This document shows, one piece after another, positions 1 through 13,055 of a DNA stretch of 64,000 nt. Within the stretch, counting starts at the first letter, position 1. Every line of letters begins with the position of its first letter. Source of the stretch: Podarcis gaigeae (lineage: Eukaryota); NCBI GenBank assembly GCA_964106915.2, contig OZ066921.1, one strand, 5' to 3'. Both the position numbers and the translations under genes were made by a program. Under the pieces are notes generated by a model. It was not told the DNA's origin. It saw nothing but the letters and a program-made list of their open reading frames with translations, and searched no databases.

Positions 1-114
1 GGGGAGCTCAATTCTGCCCATTCCCTACACATTCATGGAATGTCATTCTATACACATGCCTGCAGTTTTGCAGCCAGGATCACAACCGTGCTGTGCTCTC
101 TCTCTCCTTTGCAG

Positions 115-307
115 TTACCTGGAGGAGGCAGTGATGCATCTAGACCACAGTGACCCCATCACCCGCGACCACATGGGCTCTGTGATGAACCAAGTGCGGC
201 AGAAGCTCTTCCAGTTCCTGCAGGCAGAGCCTCACAATACCCTGAGCAAGCCGGCCCGCCGACTCATGATCATGCTTCAAGGCCTGGTCACACCCAGCAT
301 GTCCTAA
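115..307 (+). CDS. EDC4: Enhancer of mRNA-decapping protein 4, last coding exon (partial gene)
   Basis: Polypyrimidine tract and CAG acceptor ending at 114. Then (S)YLEEAVMHLDHSDPITRDHMGSVMNQVRQKLFQFLQAEPHNTLSKPARRLMIMLQGLVTPSMS-TAA, which I recognise as the EDC4/Ge-1 C-terminus. Position upstream of NRN1L and PSKH1 fits the known synteny. Confidence 0.93.
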
Positions 308-927
308 CAAGGCTCGAGCAGCCTCTCCACAAGGGCATCCATCATTGCTAACCAAATGTGGCTTTTTCTTTTTTTTTTCTAATGCTCTTGCTGGGAAAAT
401 ACGTCCGTGCTACAGATGTGGGATGGATAGAAGGGTCTGAGCCCCAGCTGTGTTAGCCCTGTATAATCCAGTTCTTTTCTGTGTGAGCAGACCATGGCCC
501 TACCCACCACCTGCCTCTCTTTGTACTGTACAAGTTAGATGCGCAGACACTAATCCCATCTTCCTCCTATTTTCTAGCTTGGAGCCCCTCCCCAAGAATT
601 TGAGGGGTTTGGCAGAGCTTGGCAAGCCTTACCCTTTCGTTTCAGGAGTACCCTGCCAAGGTAGTCGGAGGTCAAAGGTGCCAGTGGGTTGTGAATCACA
701 GCAGCCATAGTGAAGTATTGCCTCCACCTGTGCTGCTTGTGGGTGAGGGATGAAAGGTTCATGAAGCCCACCCGTCCTGGGAAGCAGCGTTGGTTCTTTG
801 TGTGGTGGAGCATGTTCATGAGTTAGACAACTCCTTTCATTATTATTATTATTTTGCTTTTACACCACTTTTTTCCTTTTTATCTAGACTCTTAATCTTT
901 CATTTTTGAATAATGTTTAACAAGTTC

Positions 928-933
928 AATAAA
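928..933 (+). terminator. EDC4: EDC4 polyadenylation signal AATAAA
   Basis: AATAAA about 620 nt after the stop, preceded by U-rich sequence and followed by a U/GU-rich tract (tgcttctgtttcgttctg). Confidence 0.7.
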
Positions 934-2989
934 TGACTTTTTTGGAGGAAAAAAATCTGCTTCTGTTTCGTTCTGGGCCTGGTGGGGGAGCTCACTCTCT
1001 TAGTCAGCGCTGGTCACACTGCAACTGATGGGTGGGAAACTTTGAGGCCACTGACCTGATATGGCCTACAGCATTCCTCCTCACCCTCACCCCTGCATGC
1101 TGCAATTAGGCCTGAAAGCAGCCTTTGAGCCAATAGGAAGCTGTTTTCAAGCCTAATTGCTTTGGGAAGGAACCTTGTGGGGTTGCCTTTAGGTAGGTAA
1201 GGGTTAGCCCTCTCTGTGTGCTGCGCCTCTGCCAAAATCCTCCCCAAGTAGTCTTGGAAAAGACGTTTCATTGTCCGAGAGGCTGTTCTCAAATGTATAG
1301 ATGTCCAGGGTGGGGACTTGAAGCCTAATTGCCTCTCCTTAGGGGATAGTCTCCAAGCTTGATGGTTGCTGCTGGGGTGTGGGTGTGCATGTGTAAAAGA
1401 GAATTAGGGGGGCATATGAACAAATGTACTTATTGGCAAGCAGCCCCTGGAAGGTTAGCTATGAAGAAATGTGACCCTTTGGCTGAGAGATTTAATCCCC
1501 ACCATCACCCATCCTCAGGGAGGATTCTGACTCCCTTTTTATGCCTGAAGCTGCCAAACCAAAGTGATATCAGGTAAATTGGAAAGGCTTTTTTTTTTTT
1601 AGCAAGACTGCTTGTTGAAGGGGCATTTCCTCCCCCTCTCCCAGTTATCACAGCCAGAGGGCCCCTCTCCATGAACTCTATTGAATGAACAAGTCATTCA
1701 TTCAAAGAGAAGCTTCATCATGCCATGTTTATTTAGTCACAGCCTTAGCTATTCCTGTTGCCTCTTCCTCATGGCATCCCTCATTACATTGCTATCAGTC
1801 CCACAGTGGGGTGCCTCTGTGACATCTGACATGCATTTTCCTGGAGTAAACCTTCAGCAGTCTTCTTACCCCAGCCCTACTTTTAAATCCGTCTCTATCC
1901 TTGTCAGTGTTGTTCTTTAGGGACACAAACCTGATACAAAAAAATCACAGCTAGAATGTACACTTTTGCCGACACTGGAACATCAAGCAGGATACAGATG
2001 GCCCAGACTGAGAGGGGATGCACAGTGTCAATGGCTGAAATTCAGCCGCACCCCAAAAATTAAAGTAAACAACTGCAGGTCACCAGCTGTTGGCTCCTTC
2101 CTCAGTATTTCATTAGTTCAATGCATCTCCCCTTTTTTGTGGCTCTCTAGAGCCCCCAGTTGCTCCCAACCCAAGAAGCAAGAAAGCCATTTAACAGGCT
2201 TTATAGCTGTGACAAACCAATGAGATTATTCCTGTTGCCAGGGCATCAAGCTTTTTGTGGGCTAAGGCAGATGTTGCAGCATTCAACATCACTGGGATAC
2301 ATTTTTTTTAATCACAAGTAGAACAAGAAAGCTGCTGTGGAGAGGGTTTTTCTTTCACCAGAACACATGGTGCTGTTTGAATGCTGGAGCGTGCTTTTTT
2401 TCCTTGTTCTTCCTACCACTGTCTAAAATGTGCTTGGGACCACTTTGCAAATCTGCTTTTCCACCTGCGCACATGCAGTGTACTCTGAAGCAATACTTGC
2501 TATGAGTTTCTTATGGTTTCTTCTGCAACCTGGAAAACCTAACAAGTCATCATATAAACCCAACAGATCAGTAATTCCAAAGTTCAAAACAAACTCTTGG
2601 GAGCTGTTGATGTAGATGATGCATGTTTACATGCACAATAAAATTCCACTATACATCCTGAAGGTTAAGCCAATCCTTGTAAGGCCTTAAGATAGTATGT
2701 AATCTCATATACAGGATTATTCCATTTGTTTTTATACCAGAGCATCACATCTGACTCCTGTAACATTTTCCATTTTTGTACAACAGATAAATGCACAGCA
2801 ACTAGTAAAAATTTACAAGTTATTTACATGCATGTGTATATAATTTATTAGATTTATATATTATATCTAATAGATCACACAAGATAAAGGCACAAATAAA
2901 TAGTTAAAACCGAAACAACAAAGCAATAACCGCCTCCCACGAACACATTTAAAGGCTGTAGAATACTAATCAGTCAGCAGGGTAGAACA

Positions 2990-3460
2990 AGATTTCATAT
3001 TATTGAGATCTGAACTGGGGGTCCTATATCATCTATGTTAAATATTTAAGTTTTCATAATATTTGCCAATATAGATACTACTGGCTGCTCCAACCTGATT
3101 CCCCCCCCCCCCAATCTAGCTTTCAAATTTGTCTTTGAAATAGTTTCCAATCCTGTCCTTGGGCCCAAAATAACATTAAATAATTCTGCATAAAGTTCAG
3201 CAACCAATCCTTTCCCAGAATAAACCCTATTCAATATAATACCCTCTGAACTTGTGTAAGAAGCCAGGGAGTCTGGGCACGGATCTGAGAGTCTGACAAC
3301 AAATGAGATACTTGACGTAAATGCAACCCACCCATGCCCAGGTCTCCAGTCTTCACAAGGAGTTGTTCCTGAGTAACAGGCTTGGGGTTTTTTAAATATA
3401 AAAATCCCTCATTGTAAAAGACCATTTAACCTCCCATTTCAATACCACTTCCATTACATT
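2990..3460 (-). mobile_element. Degenerate L1/Tx1-like LINE ORF2 fragment
   Basis: AT-rich stretch whose minus-strand frames give broken peptide fragments resembling LINE ORF2. Family assignment is tentative and boundaries approximate. Confidence 0.35.
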
Positions 3461-3935
3461 TATGACTCATTCCTAAAACATCTTGAAGTGATTTAACAAT
3501 AAAAACAATTGTGTGTGCATGTTTGTGTGTGGGTGAAGAGGCTGGAGCCAGATAGCAGTTGGGAATGAGGGCTTTAGGGATTAAAGTATATTCTGAAGGG
3601 AAATATCCCTTTCCCAGCTGGCTTCTGTGCCAGGGCTGGGGGGTGGGGAAGGGCTGAGATGCCTGCCTCTCAGAGGCTGGCCAGCTTGCTCAGATCTGAG
3701 AGCAAGTGGGGTGCGGGCTAGCAAAGAAGGGCAATTCTCTCATGCATCCGTCTTCCTTATTGAGGCAAGCTGTCCTCTTCCAGCCCACACCTGCCTGCTT
3801 GCCTGCTCACTTGCATCCTCCAGTCCATGGGGCGGCACTCACGGTCAGCTTCCTCTCCCTCAATCTCAGTGTTGCCATTGGATAGGACAGTAGGGAAACA
3901 GGTGTAGACAAAACTAGGATGAGTTGGCTCTGCCT

Positions 3936-4640
3936 AAGAACAAGGAAGAGTCTGCTAGATAAGGCCAATGGCCCATCTAGTCCAGCCACACAGTGGTTGA
4001 ATAGTTGCCTCTGGGAACCAAGCAAGCAGAATTTGAACCCAAGAGCATTCTACCCTCCTGTGGTTTCAAGCAACTGGTATTCAGAAGCATTGCTACAGCT
4101 GCAGCTAGTAGCCACGGATAGCTTTCTCCTCTGTTAATTTCCATTCCCGTTGGCGGCCATCATTGCCTCCTGTGGAAACCAGTTCCACATGTGCTGCCTG
4201 AGGGAGTGCTTTCTTTTATCTGTCCAGAACATCTTCCAACATTCAGCTTTGCTGCATGTCTACAAGTTCTAATTTTGTGAGAGGGAGAAAAGCTTTTCTC
4301 TATCCGCTTTCTCCATGCCAGGCATCATTGTATCCATTTCTATCATGTCACCTCTTACCTTTTCTTCAGACTAAACGTGGCAACCTTTCTTCACAGGAGA
4401 GTCACACCATTTGATCATTTTGGTTGCCCTGTTTGGAAACTTTGCCAACTCTTTCGAGGTGAGGTGATCAGTGCTGTATACTGTATTCCAAATGTTGTTG
4501 CACCATAGATCCGTATAATGGCATCAGTTTTGTTTTCAGTTCCTTTCCTAAGGATGCCTAGCATGGAATCTGCATTTTCCATGGCTGCCACAAGCTGGGG
4601 CGACATCTTCATCAAGCTATTTACTATGACCTCAAGGTCT
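3936..4640 (-). mobile_element. CR1 LINE 3' fragment (antisense)
   Basis: Minus-strand peptide SPQLVAAMENADSMLGILRKG..Y resembles the CR1 ORF2 C-terminus. The reverse-complemented CR1 3' end (aagaacaaggaagagtctgctagataaggccaatggcccatctagtccagc) is at the left end. Confidence 0.7.
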
Positions 4641-5329
4641 CACTGGACTAAGAGTGGACACGTGGGCACACTTTTGAACAGATCATGTGGCTCTGGCTGT
4701 CATTGGCTCTGGTTTCACATACTGTTTAGGCCAAGTTCAAGTAACTTATTGCAGTAGCGGGAGCCGGCACAGTGATTCCTGCTAGAGCAATGGGAATTCC
4801 CTCTCTCCTCCCCTAAGTTCCCTCCTGACTATACCCTGCTCTGGAGGGTTGGGAGGATACCCAAAAATAGATTGGGGGGGCACGCTGAGGAAAGAGGTTC
4901 CAATCTGCAAGGAAAATCCTTGTGCTGATGGAACTCCATGGCCTTGGCACTGCATTGAAGGCAACCTATTGTCTCCCTGCCTTCCCCTGCACCTGTCAGT
5001 CCCCCTGCCTAAATCCGACTAACCCTACTGTGTAGGCTGGCTGCCTGGGCAACTAATTGTTAGCTATTTTATTTGTTATTAATGGTTGCAACCAACTAAG
5101 TTCTACTCACTCAGAGGAATACATTGAAGTTAATAGACACGACTAATTCAGACCCATTAATTTCAACAGGTCTACTCGGAGTAGATCCTAAAACCGGTTT
5201 TTATGGCCAAGGAGAGGAGAGGTGCTTGCAGGGTTTTCTGCTCCAAGTGTTAAAATAAGTTGGCTGGATTTGGCCGTTATTTTGGTGGTGCTAGGTAGTC
5301 GGGCTATTTGCTGCTCCCTGATCTATGCA

Positions 5330-6190
5330 ACGCCAGCGCCCTAGTTGTTGTTGCTGCCGCCACCGCCTTCTCCTCCATCTGCGGCCAGCCGCTTCGAGGG
5401 TTGAGGGAAGAGCAACTTTTTACAAGCTTGCCGCCCGGGCAGCCACCGCACTGCGGCTCCGGCGGGGCTAGAGACGTTAAGACGAGGCAAGAGAGAGAGA
5501 GAAAACTTCAGTCCTTACGAGCTGCAGTGCAGGACAACGACACCAGGAACTTGCATGGATCCTGTGCCATTTGAGAATAGTTTGCTCCAGGTTTCCGCGC
5601 GCGCGCTCGGAGTGGGCGCTCGGCAAAAGGCAGGTGCGCAGATCAGTTCCACCTCGGCCCGCTTCTAGAGGCCGCGAGGCGAAGCTCCGCGGGTCGGATC
5701 CGAGGGGCGGGGCGCGGGGGCGGGGCCGAGAGGGGAGGCGCTTGGCGCCACTCGGCTTCTTGCTCTCCCGGCTGGCTCCGCACTGAGCCGCTGCTGCCGC
5801 TGGAACTGAGCGCCGGCACAACCATGGGCTGCGGGGCGCTGCTGGGGTCCTTGGCGCTGTTGCTCCTGCTGCACCTGGGTGAGTATCAGAGATGTGTGCT
5901 CGGGTCTAAGCAGGGCGGGGAGTGTGCAACGGTAGTGCAAGAGGCAAGGCGAGGGAGTTGAGTGTGCAAGCTGCCAGCCGCGTAAGGGGTGGGGAGAGAG
6001 GGCAGCCCGGCGCTTGGAGGAGCATGCAAAGGGGACAGACGAGAGGCGTGCAAAGTCTTTCGAGCAAAAGAAGACCGCGAGCATTGCCTGCTTGGTAGCT
6101 CGGGAGCGGGGCTTGTGTCCCAGTGGGCGCGGATCGGCTTGGCTGCACGTGTGTGTGTGATGCTCGCGGTGAAAGAACGGGGCCAAAACG
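5330..6190 (+). promoter_or_regulatory. NRN1L: NRN1L CpG-island promoter with tandem GC boxes
   Basis: Sharp rise in CpG and GC content. Two GGGGCGGGGC Sp/KLF boxes at about 5704-5727, roughly 100 nt upstream of the ATG. Confidence 0.8.
5824..5878 (+). CDS. NRN1L: Neuritin-like protein (CPG15-2), exon 1 (signal peptide)
   Basis: Kozak accATGG; MGCGALLGSLALLLLLHL hydrophobic leader; phase-1 donor G|GTGAGT at 5879, matching the exon-2 phase. Confidence 0.88.
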
Positions 6191-6204
6191 AGCAAAATTA
6201 TTTT

Positions 6205-6950
6205 CCATAGGGACAAATGTCAGGTTCTACACTTAGGCAGGAAGAACCAGTTGCACAGTTATAAGGCGGCGGACACCTGGATTGGCAGTAGGACATGCGG
6301 AAAGGAACTAGGGGTCTTAGTAGACCACAAACTGAGCATTAGTCCTCAGTGTGGTGCAGCAGCAGAAAAGGCTAATGCTATTCTAGGCTGTATCAACCGA
6401 AGTATAGTGTCCCGAACCAGGGAAGTCATAGGACCGCTCTATTCTGCCTTGGTCAGTCCACACCTGGAATACTGTGTTCAGTTCTGGGCACCACAATTTA
6501 AGAAGATTGACAAGCTGGAACATGTGCAAGGGAGGGTGGCCAAGATGATAATGGGCCTGGAAACCAAGCCTTATGAGGAACCGTTGAGGGAGCTGGGTAT
6601 GTTTAGCCTGGAGAAGAGGAGACTGAGAGGAGATAAGATAGCCATTTTCATTTAAAGGGCTGCCCCAGGGAGGATGGAGCAAGCTTGTTTTCTGCTGCTC
6701 CGGAGGCTAGGGCCCAAACCGATGGATTCAAGTTACAAGAAAGAGAATGCCAACTAAACATCAGGAAGAACTTCCTGACAGTATGAGCTGTTCAGACTCC
6801 CATGAGAGGCGGCAGACTCTCCTTCCTCGGGGGTTTCTAAGCAGAGATTGGATGGCCACCTGTCTTGTATGGTTTTGTTGAGATTCCTGCATTGCAGGGG
6901 GTTGGACTAGATGACCCTTGGAGTCCCTTCCAACTCTACAATTCTGTGAC
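6205..6950 (+). mobile_element. CR1 LINE 3' fragment (relatively well preserved)
   Basis: ORF 6251-6655 (KELGVLVDHKL..QC.AAAEKANAILGCINRSI.SR.REVI.PLYSALV.PHLEYCVQFWAP) is the CR1 ORF2 C-terminus. Ends with the typical CR1 3' UTR (gagtcccttccaactctacaattctgtga). Confidence 0.92.
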
Positions 6951-8532
6951 AAGTGTTAGTGAAGATGCCGCTGCTTGGTTCTGCAGCCGCGCGCCTGTGC
7001 ATCTAATTTTGCGATCTAATGGCAAAAGTGCATTACTTAAGGAGGTAAGCCCCGCTGCGTTTGGGGGGTACCCTCAGCTCATCCTGCTAAATAGGACCCA
7101 GAACATCGGCCTCCAAGTCCTGCCCTGCAATGCTCGGAGCGCTTTAGACTGCCTCTCTCCCTCCCCCAGCCCAGGGCTCCGCGCCAGGAGGATCTCCCTG
7201 CTTCCTGTCTGCGGTCCGCCTGCTATGAATGGAGGCGCCGCGCGCGCCTTCTCCTAAGTGTGTGAACACCGGAGACCAGCGTTCCGATCCTCCCCTCAAA
7301 CCCCGGCTGCGTTGCCAGGCCAGCAGCGGAGACCTCTGGCTCGCCAGTTTGTTCTCCTGCACCTTAGAAACCCTGCGCGCTCGTATAGGAAGCCCTCTCC
7401 CGGGGTGCCTTTTCTTCAGCACCACGATCTCCAACAACCGGTCCGTTTTCTGGTGGTATGGCTCAGCCTTCTCCAACCTAGTGCCATTCAGATGTTGTTG
7501 GACTACAACTCCCATCATCTCTGACCATGCGGCATGTAGGGGCAGGTGGGAGTTGGAGTCCAATGAACATCTGGGGGAGCACCAGGTTGGAGAAGTTTGG
7601 CACAACTACATCCTCTGTCACGCTGGCAAACAAAGGATGTGCAATCCTACATTGTGGGTTGTATCCAGTGTTACCCCTACGCAGAGTAGACTTACTGGAA
7701 TTAACTGACACGACTTAGGTCCATCAATCTCAATGTGTCTACTAGGAGTATAACTTGCTTGGGTACAATCCAATATTTCTAACAGATGGCTTCACATGTT
7801 GAAAACACTCTTCTTCCTCCCCCCTTTTTTGGCATGATCAAGGTGGAGAAAAAAGGGGTTGAATTTGTTTCCTTTTTCCTTCCCCCCTTTTCAAATGCCT
7901 TCCTATGGGTGGACTGGTATTTTGAATTTGTTCTGGGGTGGGGGGTGGGGGTGGTAGCTGTGCCAGTCTGCTACAGCAAGCATAACAGAAAGTCTAATGG
8001 CCCCTTAAAAGACTAACAGGTTTGTTGTGGCAGCTCTTTTAATGAGTGTGTGTGTGTGAGAGAGAGAAGCAGGGTGTCCTTGTTAATCTGGAATCTGGAG
8101 CAAGAGGGCACCACATTGCCATGCAATTGCCCAGAATGGATCCCTTGGGGGTTTACTGGTGGAGTTGGAGCTGTCTTTAGCTCAGCTTGGCAAAGTCTTT
8201 TGAGACGGATAGAATTTTCATTGTGGCTTGAATTGTGGCGTTTCAGTTGAGCTTGGCATAACTGGCATAGAATTATTTCCTGACGCTGAAAAGACGGTCA
8301 GTGACCCCAATGTGCCCTCAGTTGCAGTGATGTATCTGTTCCAGCAATTGCAGCAATTGTTGCTTCTGATTGTATTGCAAAGTATGTTGCATTCCACCCG
8401 TCTAGACCTGTTAAAATTAATGAACATTACTGATGTAGGACTGTTTGTTTCAGTGCATCTACCCTGAGCAAAAGTTAGTTAATTACAATCCTTTGTTTGT
8501 TCCTCTAGCCTAGCATGAATTATTTATCATTA

Positions 8533-8645
8533 GGGGAAAGGCTGTAGCTCAGTGGTTAGAGCATCTGCTTTGCATCTAGAAGGTCTCAGGCTGACTCCTT
8601 GGCATCCCCAGGTGGGGCTGAGAGAGACCTCAGAGTGAAACCCTG
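8533..8645 (+). mobile_element. tRNA-derived SINE head (squamate SINE family)
   Basis: ggctgtagctcagtggttagagcatctgctttgcat: A-box and tRNA-like head, related to copies near 19783-19970, 55660-55820 and 58570-58745. Confidence 0.65.
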
Positions 8646-9679
8646 AGTGTAGTTCAGGGGTTCCCAAGCTGGTCCATGGACTACCAGTTTTATTCAGACT
8701 TCAGCACAGCACATTATAGTTGCTACAATTGTCAGAAAAACCCTTAAGTGGTCTGCCAAGGTCCTCTGCAGTTTTCAGGTGGTCCATGTGGGGAAGAGAT
8801 TGGGAATCCCTGGTGCACAAAATTCTGAGTTAGATGGACTGATGGACTTACTTGGAATACAGGAAGCTGCCATATTATGATGTGCTCTTTTTGTTCCATC
8901 CTTTCTTCCCATTTTATCATCACAACAACCCTGTGAGGTGGGCTAAACTGAGAGTGTGGCTAGTTCAACATCACCCAGGAGACTTCATGACTGAGCAAGG
9001 GTTTGAACCCGGATCTCCTGGCTTCCAGTCTGTTAATCTAGCTGCTTTGTTGTGTATTCTGGCTGGTAGCTGATCTTCAGGATCCCAGGCTGGTGGTCTG
9101 TTCTACCTGACCCTTTTACCTGGAGATCTGCTAAGGTATTGAATGTCAGGCCTTCAGCATGCAAAGCATGTGATATGCCCCTGAGCTGTGATCCCTCACA
9201 TTCAAGCATGAATTGCAAGATCATCTCTAGAACATCTGCTGTAGTTGGTTATTTTTAATAATCAGAAATAGTTGGCACAAACTGGCATAACAATTCATGG
9301 AATATTTCACACCTTGTTTTGGTTACCCTCTTAGGCTGTGATCCTATAGACATTTACCTGAGTTCAACAGTACTAACTTCTGAGTATACAAGCCTAGGGT
9401 TGTGCTGTCAATCTGTCTTCTGGCCCTGCCATAGTGGCACTCTCTGGTTTTTGCCCAGCCTGGGGTGTGGCAGTGACAGTTTGGAAAGGACAAGAATGAA
9501 TGAGGATTTGCAGTGCAGCTGACATTTGAGACTGAGTACACTCTTGTTCTGCCCCCTCTCCAACGTCAGAGTAATGTTCCCAGTGACGGACAGGCAGTGA
9601 GGTAATTAGGAAGCTTTACAAATCTGTGATTTGTTGACTCACCTTGTTTCAGTTGGTTAATATGTGGGCATATAACACA

Positions 9680-10115
9680 TAACACAGGTTCTGAAAGACC
9701 TACATTGGCTCCCAAGATGTTTCCGAGCACAGCTCAAAGTGTTGGTGGTGCTGACCTTTAAAGCCCTAAACAGCTTCGGCCCAGTATACCTGAAGGAGCA
9801 TCTCCACCCCCATCGTTCTACCCGGAAACTGAGATCCAGCACGGAGGGCCTTCTGGCAGTTCCACACTGTGAGAAGTGAGGTTACAGGGAACCAGACAGA
9901 GGGCCTTCTTGGTAGTGGCGCCCACCCTGTGGAATGCCCTCCCATCAGATGTTAAGGAGATGAGTAATTATATAACATTTAGGAAACATCTGAAGGCAGC
10001 CCTGTGTAGGGAAGCTTTTTAAGGTTTAATGTTTTACTATGTGTAAGCCGCCCAGAGTGGCTGAGGCAACCCAGTCAGATGGGCAGGGTACAAATAATAA
10101 ATTAGTAGTAGTAGC
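9680..10115 (+). mobile_element. L2-clade LINE 3' end
   Basis: Encodes the L2-type LKDLHWLP...FKALN..GP.YL motif and ends in gtaagccgcccagag...aataataaattagtagtag. Confidence 0.75.
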
Positions 10116-11471
10116 AGTACACATTGGAAGGGGGAGAAATTTGCTTGGCATTTTCACTTGAATCTACTTAATTCACACTTTCTGAAATAATACACAAACT
10201 GAAACGTAGTCATCCTTCTAAAATTGCACTTCTCCAAATCTTGTGATGCAGCTGTCCGGCCAAGTAGTGTCCACAGAAATCTATATTCTAGAGTAAAATG
10301 TGCATAAAATGTATAAACAAGTGAAAAACAAATACAAATGGGAAAATTGCTTGCAAAAATGTGTTTCTAGGGGAAATTGTATACACAAATCAGGATAATG
10401 TGCACTAAAATACTGGTGACTTTTAATGAGGGCTTAAACAAAATTCACAAACTGATGCCGAAGTACGGAGAGTTGAATTTAAGATTAGGAAAAAAGGAGA
10501 AATTAAGAAAAACAAAAAATTGACAGATCTGTCCACCTCTATCTGGATCTACACCTCAAGTATCTCTTTCTCTGTAAGTGTGTATGTGTATATGTGTACA
10601 CATCAGATTTAAATGTGATGGTTCCCTTCAAAATCCTGGGAACTGTAGTTTTGGTGAGAGCACAGAAAATTCCCAGGTTGAGATACTGTACCTAGCCTCT
10701 CTCCTCCCAGAAGTTAAAAATTCAGTGTTCTCTCTGGAGAGGAAATGACAATTAAATCAGTGTCAAGTCTGTGCTGTAGCTATGCCATAATTGTGTGTGT
10801 GTGTGTGTTAGAGAAGGAGTATTCTGTAGTTCCATCCTCCCTTTTTAAAAAAGACATTTTAATATTACGCTCGTGAGCATGAAGTATCTATCTATTCTAT
10901 TATGGGGCCACTGGGTCATCTTTTCTTTCATTATTCCACCTAATAAGATCTGGACAAGCCATGAAGGAGCTCTCTCAGCCCTTTATAGAGTCAGCAGCCT
11001 CTGAGATATCTAATAAGGGACTTTTCTTCCAAGTGTTCCTCAGGAACTGGTTTTAATAAATCGGTGGCAACAAAGAAAGAAGCAGACATGAATGCAATCT
11101 CAGCAACAATTGTCTTCATCCACCTTTGGCTATTTACGTTTTTTCTGCCCCCCTTTCTATGCCTGTCTCTTGCTTGGAAAGGGACCTATATTTTAAGGGG
11201 GGAATTTGTACAGCTTTCTCTTTTTCCTGTTGCCCACAGAGGGGTCCCATCTCTTTCTTCTATCCATACGCTTCAGACCACAAAGGTAACACACACTTCA
11301 AGCTCATCCTTCCTTTCCATATACAATTAATGTGGTACAATGCTAAGGAACCATCATGTTTGGGATTTGCTGTCCAGACAGACACCCTAGAAGTCAGTGC
11401 ATGGTCCATAGAAGGTAAGCCCATATAGAAGAAGATGCTCATGCACTGCACTATACCAACAAGTTTTGAAA

Positions 11472-11600
11472 CAGGGGATGGGAAGCCTGTGGCTCTCCAG
11501 ATGTTGTTGGACTTTAGGTCCCATTACCATTCCATTACCCACTGGGGTTAATGGGAATTGGAATTCAACAGCGCCTGGAGGGCCACAGACTCCCATCCTA
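11472..11600. mobile_element. Short palindromic non-autonomous DNA element (hAT-like MITE family)
   Basis: Imperfect terminal inverted repeats ggatgggaagcctgtggc / gccacagactcccatcc. Related copies near 7470, 18900-19050, 20575, 46155, 48685, 50870, 52850 and 60440. Confidence 0.55.
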
Positions 11601-12288
11601 CAAGCTGACATTGTTTGTGGTATGTGTGTTAGAGAGAGAGAGATGGAATATTTATTCAGCAGTGTTGACTGTAGGGACCTTCTGACCCTGTGATTCTGAG
11701 ACAGGGGTGGGCAACCTGTGGCCATCCCTGACCAGAGGTCATGCTAGCTCGCTGGGTCTTGCAGGAGGTGCAGTCTCCATAATCTCTGGAAGGCCATGGA
11801 TTTCCCAACCCGGGTGTCAGTTGAGAAGAGCCAGGTCCTCTCTAGAAGAATTCAGGGCATTTATTATGATTGAATGATTGCTGAAGCAGAAGTTCTCATT
11901 GCTGTGAAGCATAGGAAAGTTGCAATTTGTTTAAAAAAGATTTCTTCAGAAAGTGTTTGGTAGAAATTTTTGTGGCTTCAGGAAGCTGCAGCCGCTCATC
12001 CTGATTGAAATACACATTTGGGGAAATTATTGGATAAAACACAATGTTTTCGGAAGTTAAATGGCAGAATTCAGCCATTAAGCACCAGAACATTTGGGTA
12101 TGGAAACATAGAGTATTCCTTCATGTAAAGTGCCTTCTTTGGCTGGATTTGGTATAGTTCCAAATTCCTGTTGTGTATGCTAATGGTTGGGAGGGAGTTC
12201 ATTTTCTTTAATCTCCAAACCCCCCCCCCAGGGGTTGGAGCAGTGTATTACATTTGCAACCTATACTTGTAACACCAAGTTCAGATCC

Positions 12289-12393
12289 ATATATATATAC
12301 GAAAAGCATATATATATATATATATATAACTTTTATTTTGCTTTAAACAAATACATATAAATATACACAACCAAAATTACAAAAGAAAATTCC

Positions 12394-12428
<35 letters not shown>
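12289..12428. repeat. (TA)n and (TAA)n microsatellites
   Basis: Directly visible. Confidence 0.9.
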
Positions 12429-12430
<2 letters not shown>

Positions 12431-13055
12431 AAAAGACTACAAAAAATATGAAAGTACATGGCACAGAACATATTATTTCTCATATTGAACCTCTTCCTGA
12501 TTTAGAGTGAGAAGCATGAATTAGCTAGTTTTATTACTGAATTTCAGTCACTGAAATTTGGCTTCCAGATTTGGTGCAAAAGGTTTAAATTGTGTCAAAT
12601 GAATCTCCTTCCCACCCCCAGATGCTTGCAGGATCAAGCATAATAATCCTGTACTAAATTTCAACCAGAATCCCAAGTTCTGTAACTGGAAATCCATAAT
12701 GCATTTATGCCCATCTGTGTTATGTGTTTAAATATGCTTCTGTTGCTTTTTATTTTTATGTTTTATCCTGATTCCTTTTGGTTGATTCTAGACTTTGTTT
12801 GAAATTTTCCAGTACAGAATCCTGGTGCTAGAAATAGGTTTCAATGGGCTGTTAATTATAGCTAATGGATACAGCCTATCTTCATTCATTTCAATGAGAT
12901 ATTGACAGTGGATTGCTAAGTAAATAACAGTGCAGGCCTATACTCAAAAGTTAATCCTATGGGGCTTATATCGAAGTATGTGGGTGTAGGATTTTAGCCT
13001 AAGTCCCAAAGTCAGTCGTCCTTTTCGTTGCCTGGAAAGCAGAAAACTCAGTCCA

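Noticed and set aside
5824-5835. NRN1L and PSKH1 both begin MGCG (ATGGGCTGCGGG / ATGGGCTGTGGG)
   Set aside because: Similarity ends after four codons. It is a signal-peptide start in NRN1L and an acylation motif in PSKH1, so most likely coincidence.
5308-6216. Several ORFs across the NRN1L promoter
   Set aside because: CpG-island artefacts; only 5824-5878 has Kozak, signal-peptide and splice support.
8533-8610. tRNA-like sequence
   Set aside because: Degenerate B-box and no complete cloverleaf; it is a SINE head with related copies elsewhere in the window.
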